Below are positions 23,701 to 31,481 of a stretch of DNA of 64,000 nucleotides, piece after piece. Under the pieces are notes generated by a model. That model did not search any database. It saw only the letters and a program-made list of their open reading frames with translations, and was not told the DNA's origin. Position numbers and translations under genes: made by a program. Each line of letters starts with the position of its first letter. Position 1 is the first letter of the stretch. Where the stretch lies: the NCBI GenBank assembly GCA_041398565.1, contig JAWKUN010000004.1:16951-80950 (forward strand), written 5' to 3'. The stretch comes from Planctomycetota bacterium. Its GTDB lineage: Bacteria; Planctomycetota; UBA1135; UBA2386.

Positions 23701-24041
23701 GCGGCCAACACCGCGTCGCGGTGCACCTCCGACCCCCGCAACGTGGTCAGTGCGCGCGGAGACACGCCGCACACGTCGGTGAGCGCGGACCCGAGCCGCT
23801 CCATGCTCGTGCGCGCCCCGGGCAGCGCCCACTCCGGGTGCTCGGCGTAGGAGTCGGCCGCCACGAGCACTGCCGCCCGGTCGAAGCGTCCGGACTCCGT
23901 CGAGCGCCACTGCATCGGCCGGGGTGGCAGCAACGCGGCCAGTCCGGCAGATCCGAAGCCATGCGCGGCCGTCACCGGCGCGGGCGCGCGGCAAGCCGCC
24001 AGCAAGACGAGCGCGGCGATTGCGGTCGGGAGTCGACGCAT
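20766..24041 (-). CDS. Large lipoprotein: caspase-like (peptidase C14) domain, beta-sandwich (CarboxypepD_reg-like) region, helical repeat region, C-terminal FGE-sulfatase (SUMF1-like) domain
   Basis: ATG at 24041 (verified). Lipobox 'VLLAAC'. Caspase His/Cys dyad contexts 'FVGYAGHGF' and 'VFVIDACRT'. C-terminal FGE-family motifs 'FVMGAP...RHRVTL.PFYLGETEVT', 'WEYAARAG', 'GFHDLVGNVREWCAD' and 'VARGASF'. Confidence 0.85.
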   Translation of the reverse strand: MRRLPTAIAALVLLAACRAPAPVTAAHGFGSAGLAALLPPRPMQWRSTESGRFDRAAVLVAADSYAEHPEWALPGARTSMERLGSALTDVCGVSPRALTTLRGSEVHRDAVLAALGRAADQLGGPSAVLFVGYAGHGFVDGEGDPVLFGHYTTANDGGGFRAAIGRRDLVQAVGDARDRAAGRGVLLRVVFVIDACRTSLAAPPPKAILRDAPIWELWGTRAGTYARAGDGEAAFPFTVALCAAMRALADTASEVDLRRVADEARTRTLAATAGEQEPELLGPRLAADPPAAIVSGSVSFRVTVEDAVSSARVPTFSVRIGNRTFLAAGDGEALVHAVPGRQSVEVVADGYLPRVEDLEVGADHAGAVLDTKLYPALVMVSGRVTPPAVVAVRAVGALALARPNYHLVQTVTGRDGAFQLRLPPLAAGMSLEFLVDGKVTHTVDLPHAPTESVLAQGLPAVPRVDLEVPLVGATPALDLAGAQPGQPSTLPRGRDPLADAELGRVFDLVRAGRLDMARDALAATEVAAGDEDLRQQWLTWLELRAACDAPPSAGLARLAALHERGAPEDLRRSVALALLQGMVDRHDWQGVLDLDSLQDSHGCADDPAWAASVRQALPTAVEQVLRAGLLEGVQEGTWTAADGVAAWLLDARHLWVLQERPAIAALQQEVQRERIDPVIRTAFERGEIALVEGRLGDARQQFVRARGGANEHYRQRIDEHLQQLDLSVFEASMRTGTAHELAGRRSQALAAYARAYALNPRASESVRRVLHASSPRDADFERMYEDILGHVLERVARDKTAGAWAELSHLFADDARAREAMRQGLIAPWADIVDGEVGPSGLPRVVRDRKSGLVLRLIEPGTFVMGAPESDELASAVERPRHRVTLLEPFYLGETEVTWEAWRRFAAETGLGSHAEAGSIRHPVAGVSWREATAFCAFFGLRLPTEVEWEYAARAGNGEVYRRYPWGDDPEKATGNLRGRESGDRDADRFPGSDGHPGAAPVGSFEANAWGFHDLVGNVREWCADTFDARAYRRDADRRDPQSSRDDGASVVARGASFQDGPRTAGVATRFELDRDAHLPWVGLRAARSVW

Positions 24042-24209
24042 GAGAAGCGCAACAGGTTAGCGACCCCGGCGCCAGGCGGAAGGGCGCCGCACGACTCCGC
24101 GGCGCCCCCGGCATCGCGGGCTGCATCTGACGCTCCCACGGGAGCGAGGGAGGAGCCGGCCGCGACGGGGTCAAGGACGACTCGGGGCGCCACCGAAGAA
24201 GGGGCCGGA

Positions 24210-25151
24210 GTGCGTCGCTGGTCTCGATCTTCGGTGGGAGTACGCGTCGTGGTCTGGGCATCGGCCGGCTTGCTGTCTGCGGCGCTGGCGGCCCAGTCGG
24301 ACGCACCACGGGCGTCCGGGCGCCGCCGCTCGCCCGCGCGCGACGCGACCGACTTCCACCGCGCCACGACGCATCCCGCACCTCGCGAAGTCATGGCCTG
24401 GCTCCAGGCCTGCCGGGACGCGGATGCGCAGACGGAAGGGCCAGCGACCCAGGCGGGCGGAGCTGGCGCGCATCACGACGACAAGCTGCTTGCTGCGGCG
24501 GGAGAGAGCCACGGCAACGCGCACGGCGCGCACGAAGTCGGACGGCGCTCGCCGCCGCGCCCGGCGGGTGCCGGGCGCTGGGTCGTGGCGGTCGTGGTCG
24601 ACGCCGAAGCGGACGTCGAGCCACACGAGGTGCTCGGCCTGGAACGCCAGGACGTCCTCGTTCTCGCATCCCCAGGTCCGTGCCTGCGTCCCGAGGAACT
24701 CGCCCTCCTCGAACATGCGGTGCGCGCCGAGCACCTGGCGCTGTGCGTGCTGATGGTGCGCGCCGGCGGCACGACCGTCAGCGCCGAAGCCGAGTCCCCC
24801 GCTGCCCGCGCGCTGCGGCGGCGTCTGCCAGGGCCACCGGCGGGCGCTCGGGCGAGCGCGGACACCGCTGCCGAGCGACACGCCGAGATGCAGAGTGTGC
24901 TGGCGTTGACCGCTTCCGACGAACTGCAGCAAGCGGCCAAGCACGGTCTGTTCCGCACCGCGGTCGCCGTGCTGCCGCCGCGTGGGACGCAGGTGCGCTT
25001 CGTCGCTCCCTGGTTCGAGCGCCCACTCGCCGACGAACTCGTCGCCGAGCAAGCCGCCCGCCTCGACGCGCAAGCCTCATCCGCTCCCGACCGAACTCCG
25101 GCGCGACCAGAGAACGTGACCCCGCCGGCAGACCACCGGAAGCGACACTGA
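24210..25151 (+). CDS. Hypothetical secreted protein (weak, ligand-less resemblance to the beta-carbonic-anhydrase fold)
   Basis: Only the 3' ~940 nt of tracked ORF 21729..25151 lies outside the caspase gene. That part has coding-like composition and strong G/C at third positions. GTG at 24210 gives the signal-like 'VRRWSRSSVGVRVVVWASAGLLSAALAAQS'. The start and the coding status are both uncertain. Confidence 0.4.
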   Translation: MRRWSRSSVGVRVVVWASAGLLSAALAAQSDAPRASGRRRSPARDATDFHRATTHPAPREVMAWLQACRDADAQTEGPATQAGGAGAHHDDKLLAAAGESHGNAHGAHEVGRRSPPRPAGAGRWVVAVVVDAEADVEPHEVLGLERQDVLVLASPGPCLRPEELALLEHAVRAEHLALCVLMVRAGGTTVSAEAESPAARALRRRLPGPPAGARASADTAAERHAEMQSVLALTASDELQQAAKHGLFRTAVAVLPPRGTQVRFVAPWFERPLADELVAEQAARLDAQASSAPDRTPARPENVTPPADHRKRH

Positions 25152-25337
25152 ACTCGGGGGGCTCACGGCCGCGAGGGCGACCGCCGGCAAGTCGACGAAG
25201 GCGGCGCAGCTCGACCGTGCGTGAGCCCTCGCCCACGCGCGTGGACGGCTCGGCAGCCTGGGGGCCAGAGCCGCGGTCGTTCCGTCTGGCGACGTTCGTG
25301 CGCGGACCCGACCACGGCTATCCTCGGACCGGTCGCC

Positions 25338-27362
<2,025 letters not shown>

Positions 27363-27365
27363 CGG

Positions 27366-27758
27366 TCAGGCGCGCGTCGCGGCTCGCTGCACGAGTTCCA
27401 ACACGTGGCCGTCGGGGTCGCGCACGAAGACCTGCAGCGCGCCGTCCGGGCGCCGCTGCACGCCGGCACACGCGACCCCCATCGCCTGCAGACGCAGGCG
27501 CCACGCCTCGACGTCGTCGACCGCGAGGGCCACGTGCTGGCCGCGATGGGTCCCGGGCGCGGCAGGGTCCTTGGCGATCAGGTGCAGTTCCTGCGCTCCA
27601 ACCCGCAGCCAAGCGCCGCCGAAGCCGAGGTCGGGGCGCGGCAGGGCGGTCAATCCCAGGACATCGCGGTAGAAGCGCAGGCTGGCGTCGAGGTCGCGCA
27701 CGTGCAGGCCAGCGTGGTCGAGCCCACCGACCGCTGCCGCGCCGCGTCCCTCGCTCAC
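27366..27758 (-). CDS. VOC/glyoxalase-family protein
   Basis: GTG at 27758 overlaps the upstream stop (GTGA). Pattern 'LDHAGLHVRDLDASLRFYRDVLGL...HVALAVDDVEAW...DPDGHVLEL'. Confidence 0.8.
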   Translation of the reverse strand: MSEGRGAAAVGGLDHAGLHVRDLDASLRFYRDVLGLTALPRPDLGFGGAWLRVGAQELHLIAKDPAAPGTHRGQHVALAVDDVEAWRLRLQAMGVACAGVQRRPDGALQVFVRDPDGHVLELVQRAATRA

Positions 27759-29281
27759 GGGACGATCCGGATGCTGACCGGGTTGCTGGTCATCGTGGTC
27801 GGGTTGACGAGCGCGTAGGCGAACGACAGCTCGCGTCCCACCGGCAGCGCGTACAGGCCGGGCGGGAATCGCACGGCCGTGGCGCTGAGCCCGCTCACCG
27901 GGGTCTGTCCGGAGAGCTCGGGCATGAAGCCACCGAACGCCGCCAGCGCGGTCAGCTCGAGCATGGCGTCGTAGTTGAGGGGCAGATTGTAGAACGGCGG
28001 GATCTGGACTCCGGGACGGGTTCCCGACAGCGAGGCGAGCAGGACCCAGGTCTTGTTGGCGCCGAAGAACGGGCCCGGCTGCACAGCGAAGTCGACGACG
28101 CCGCCGGCGGTGGCCGAGATCTCGACGCGACTGGCCCACAGCCGGTCGTTGAGGCCGCTGGTGTCGATCCGGACCTCGGGCAACGGGCGCGCACCGTTGC
28201 CGTCGTCGACCGTGGCGCGGAGCACCAGCCGTCCCGGCGCGGTGCCGGCGGTGATCGGCAGGTCGTAGGTGCCGTCGCCATTGTCGCGCAGGGCACCGAG
28301 GGTGGCGTTTGTGGTCGTGCCGGTCGTCGCCACGATCTGCACCGAGGTGGCCGGTCGGCCGAGCGGTGTTCCTTCGCGGTCACGCAGCACCAACCGCGCG
28401 TTCACCACCGTGAGCCCGTTGATCGGCAGGCTCGGCGATGCGAACTCGAGGGTCGAGCGGAACTGGTCGAAGCGCCCACGCTGCTGCACCTTCCACTGGT
28501 CGTAGAGTCCCTGCAGCAACACCACGGGATCAGGATCCGTGCGCACCCGGTTGGCCACGTTCAGACGCATGGTGTAGCTGCCGCTGGCACAGCCGACGGT
28601 CGGGTTGCACAGACCGTCGACGTCCCCCGGGCGCGCCACGATCATGAAGGCCACGTCAGCCGACTTGGTGAAGTTGGGTGGTGGCGAGCCGCAGCCGGTC
28701 GGGTTCCCCTCGTTGCAAGAGCAACGGCCGTCGCCGCCGAACTGCCGCGCCGCCTGCATCGCCGCCATCAGCTTCTCGCCGAGATCGCCGGGGGTGGCGT
28801 AGATGGCGATCTCCGCGGCGGCGAGCACCGGGCCACCGGTGAGGACGTTGCCCTGGATCGCGTACACGATGTCGCCGACGCGGCCGGTGCGGTCGCTGGC
28901 GTAGGCGCCGGCGCCGGTGCCGGTGAAGCCGCGGGTGCGTCCCTGCACATCGGCGAACCCGTACTGCCGCGACTGGTGGCCCGGGTCGCTGGCCGCGAGC
29001 CCGGCCAGGATCTGGTCGGGCGCCGTGCCGAGGAGGAGCTGGTCGCGGATGTAGAGGCGGTTGGCGCCCGATGGGTCGACGAAGCTCTGCGCGCAGGCCG
29101 CCCCCTTGCCGACGACCACCACCGGCACCCACACCGCGAGATCGAAGTTCTGCAGGCACGTCGCCGACGCCACCGCGATCTCACCGGTGCGCGTGTCGAT
29201 CAGGATGATGGACCAGGTGGCGAGCACGGGACGGGCGAGCAGGGCAGCCGCCAGTCCGAGACGAAGGAGGGCGCGGAGCAT
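27755..29281 (-). CDS. Secreted DUF1028-family (Ntn-hydrolase-like) protein with Cys-rich insert and C-terminal beta-sandwich domains
   Basis: ATG at 29281 (verified). The signal peptide 'MLRALLRLGLAAALLARPVLA' is followed directly by 'TWSIILIDTRTGEIAVA', matching the DUF1028 N-terminus (usually 'MTFSIVA.D..TGE.GVA'). Signal cleavage would therefore expose Thr as the N-terminal residue. Confidence 0.75.
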   Translation of the reverse strand: MLRALLRLGLAAALLARPVLATWSIILIDTRTGEIAVASATCLQNFDLAVWVPVVVVGKGAACAQSFVDPSGANRLYIRDQLLLGTAPDQILAGLAASDPGHQSRQYGFADVQGRTRGFTGTGAGAYASDRTGRVGDIVYAIQGNVLTGGPVLAAAEIAIYATPGDLGEKLMAAMQAARQFGGDGRCSCNEGNPTGCGSPPPNFTKSADVAFMIVARPGDVDGLCNPTVGCASGSYTMRLNVANRVRTDPDPVVLLQGLYDQWKVQQRGRFDQFRSTLEFASPSLPINGLTVVNARLVLRDREGTPLGRPATSVQIVATTGTTTNATLGALRDNGDGTYDLPITAGTAPGRLVLRATVDDGNGARPLPEVRIDTSGLNDRLWASRVEISATAGGVVDFAVQPGPFFGANKTWVLLASLSGTRPGVQIPPFYNLPLNYDAMLELTALAAFGGFMPELSGQTPVSGLSATAVRFPPGLYALPVGRELSFAYALVNPTTMTSNPVSIRIVP

Positions 29282-29346
29282 TGGTAGAGCTTGGTTACTG
29301 AGTCAAGTTGAAGAAGCCAGGCCACAGCAACCAAGCCCCCCGTTCC

Positions 29347-29377
29347 AACCGTGCATGCGGTTTTCCCGCACACGGCT
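29347..29377 (-). ncRNA. Group II intron domain V-like hairpin
   Basis: The minus-strand RNA is AGCCGUGUGCGGGAAAACCGCAUGCACGGUU. It has an AGC triad at the 5' base, a 7-bp lower helix, a 2-nt bulge on the 3' strand, a 5-bp upper helix and a G/A-rich loop. It lies 16 nt after the maturase stop. Confidence 0.75.
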
Positions 29378-29392
29378 GACCGATGGTCTTGT

Positions 29393-30731
29393 TCATGCCG
29401 TCTTGCTCCCTGGGTATTGGATCGTGCCGAGCAACTTGTGCAGGCCGCGCGCGCGCAGCTTCGCCATCGGCCACGCACGCCGTTGCTGCGCCACGCGCCA
29501 GGCGAGCGGATGGCCGCGAGAGCCACGCTGCTTGCCGAGCATGCGCGTGATGCGCCGCCAGACGTAGTGGTCGATCTGGGTGAACTGCTTGCTCGCGTTG
29601 CCGGTCCTGAAGTAGTTGCCCCAGCCCTTCAGCACGGGGATTGAGGTCAGCGATCACCTCGTCGACATCCTTCAGACCAGCCCGGCGACGGCGGTCCGTC
29701 AGTTCGCGCACCCGGCTACGGACCGTCTTCATCGACTTCACCGACGGCCACCGAAACAGATACGTGCGCCCCTTGAAGTGGGACTTCACGATCCGCAGGT
29801 GACAGCCGAGGAAGTCGAAGCCGTCCTTGCCGAGCCCGATCTGCACGAGCTTCGTCTTCTCCGGATGCAGCGTGAGTTTCAGGCGCGCGAAGAGCTCGCG
29901 CAGCCGTCGCATCGCCTCGTTCGCCTGCGACTCGCTCTTGCACAGCACCACGAAATCGTCCGCGTATCGCACGAGGACGCCGAGATGCTGGCAGTCGCGC
30001 TGCCACTCGCGATCGAGTTCGTGCAGGTAGATGTTGGCGAGCAATGGCGAGATCACGCCGCCCTGGGGAGTCCCCGTGGCCTCGTGTCTCACGTTGCCTT
30101 CCTCCATCACGCCCGCGTCCAACCACTTCCGGATCAGCTTCAGCACGCGGCGGTCGCAGATGCGACGGCCCACCAGGTCCATCAGCACGGTCTTGTCGAT
30201 CGTGTCGAAGAAGCTCTGGATGTCGCCGTCGATGACGAAGGAGCGGCCTCGCCCGCCTTCGATGCGCAGCTTCTCCAGGGCATCCGTGGCGCTCCGCCGA
30301 GGGCGGAAGCCGTAGCTGCACTGCTCGAAACCGGCCTCGAAGATCGGCTCGATCACGATCTTCGTCGCCATCTGCACCACCCGGTCCTTGACCGTCGGAA
30401 TGCCCAACGGTCGCCACTTGCCGCCCGACTTCTCGATGTACACGCGCCGCACCGGTTGCGGGCGGCACTCGCCTCGTCGGATCTCGTCGCCCAGCTCCGC
30501 GAGGAACTGCGTGACGCCCCGCTGCTCGATCATCGTCAGCGACATGCCATCGATGCCGGCAGCGCCATCGTTGCTCCGCACTCGCTCCCACGCCTTCCGA
30601 AGGACGTCACTCCTCCAGATCCGGTCGTACAGCGCGTGGAAACGCCGCCCAGGATCTCGCTTGGCGGCACGAAAGAGCGCGTGTTGGAGTTCTCGTACTT
30701 TGTCTACGGGGTTGTTGGGCCTTGTGGCCAT
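29393..30731 (-). pseudogene. Group II intron reverse transcriptase/maturase (no endonuclease domain), interrupted by a 1-nt frameshift
   Basis: ATG at 30731. RT motifs 'RPLGIPTVKDRVVQ', 'YGFRPRRSATDAL', 'GTPQGGVISPLLANIYL' and 'LVRYADDFVVLC'. The maturase motif 'LKGWGNYFRTGNA' continues in another frame (tracked ORF 29393..29635). Removing one C from the C4 run (G4 at 29636-29639 on the + strand) restores '...DLNPVLKGWGNYF...'. Confidence 0.85.
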
Positions 30732-31247
30732 GCCCTCGCACTTACCCCCATCCACGCGCGCGACCAAAGTCGGGCCCCTTCCCTCCCCCGGCGTTGTGGC
30801 CGCCGGGATCGGCAGTACTACGGACCCTTCGGACTCCCTCCCAGCACGGCGCCCTTTCACACTCGGCTTATGGGTGCGCGCTTCGCCTGACGTCGGCCGC
30901 TGGGTAGGGCCTCTCCTGTTCCGTGTCGAGCTGTCGTCGCATGCCCTCCTCCCTACCCCGGGGAAGTCCTGCGCCGCTCCGTGCTCGGACGCAGTCTGTT
31001 GCCTTCGCCGGGACATGAGCGGCTCGGCCTTCCCACCTTTCGGGTCTCTAATCTCACGAGGCTGCAAGGTTCACCCTTTCGGATTGGGCCTGCGACTTTG
31101 CTCCCCCCGTCCGAGGCATACGCCTCGACGCGGGCTCTTGACGCTCCGCTTGGCCGCCGAGATCTCTCCCGACGACTGGAGCCTGCTACGCGGCGCTTCG
31201 GCGCTTACCGCGGCGGGACTCGCACCCGCAAGTTCGACACAGCTTGA

Positions 31248-31264
31248 CCCCGCTCCGAGCGGGG
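31248..31264 (-). other. GC-rich stem-loop 22 nt upstream of the intron 5' end
   Basis: CCCCGC-TCCGA-GCGGGG: a perfect 6-bp stem with a 5-nt loop. Reading the intron strand, the hairpin is followed by 22 nt of 5' exon (31247-31226) and then GTGCG. Confidence 0.6.
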
Positions 31265-31481
31265 CTTGGTGATCAGGACACACCATGCGCAAGAAGATAC
31301 CGCTTGCCCGTCTCTGCGGGTTCGCGTGCGAGCGGTAGGGGCATCGCCGTCCCGCGGCCACGCGCCGTCGTGGCCTGGCCAGGCGGGTCGGGCCCAAGCG
31401 AACGTCGGACGACACCCCCACACCGTTGCGTTGTGCTCCCGGTGTGCGGTCATCAGCAGCGCGGCTACCATCGGCGCCGCC

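Larger units (their letters stand above)
29284..31225 (-). mobile_element. Group II intron (~1.94 kb) with an internal RT/maturase ORF; boundaries inferred by eye
   Basis: On the minus strand:
- 5' 'GTGCG' at 31225-31221.
- ~490 nt of non-coding sequence, then the RT/maturase ORF.
- A domain V-like hairpin at 29377-29347.
- A domain VI-like helix (GCTTGGTT...AACCAAGC).
- A 3' end '...CTAC' at 29284.
The element is visibly less GC-rich than its flanks. Confidence 0.85.

Noticed and set aside
21729-24209. The first ~2.5 kb of the 1140-aa ORF 21729..25151
   Set aside because: It is antisense to the caspase-FGE gene and junk-like. Only the part beyond the caspase start (24210-25151) was kept, at low confidence. 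The competing minus-strand ORF 24171..25073 is Arg-rich and was also rejected.
30732-31067. N-terminal extension of the RT ORF (and its 3' read-through 29295-29392)
   Set aside because: The extension covers intron domains I-III and has no RT homology. The 3' read-through runs across domains V/VI and exists only because of the frameshift and the GC-rich lack of stops.
31327-31331. GTGCG on the + strand near the intron, as a possible second intron 5' end
   Set aside because: No RT ORF, domain V or other intron features follow on the + strand. The sequence runs straight into the Ser/Thr kinase leader.
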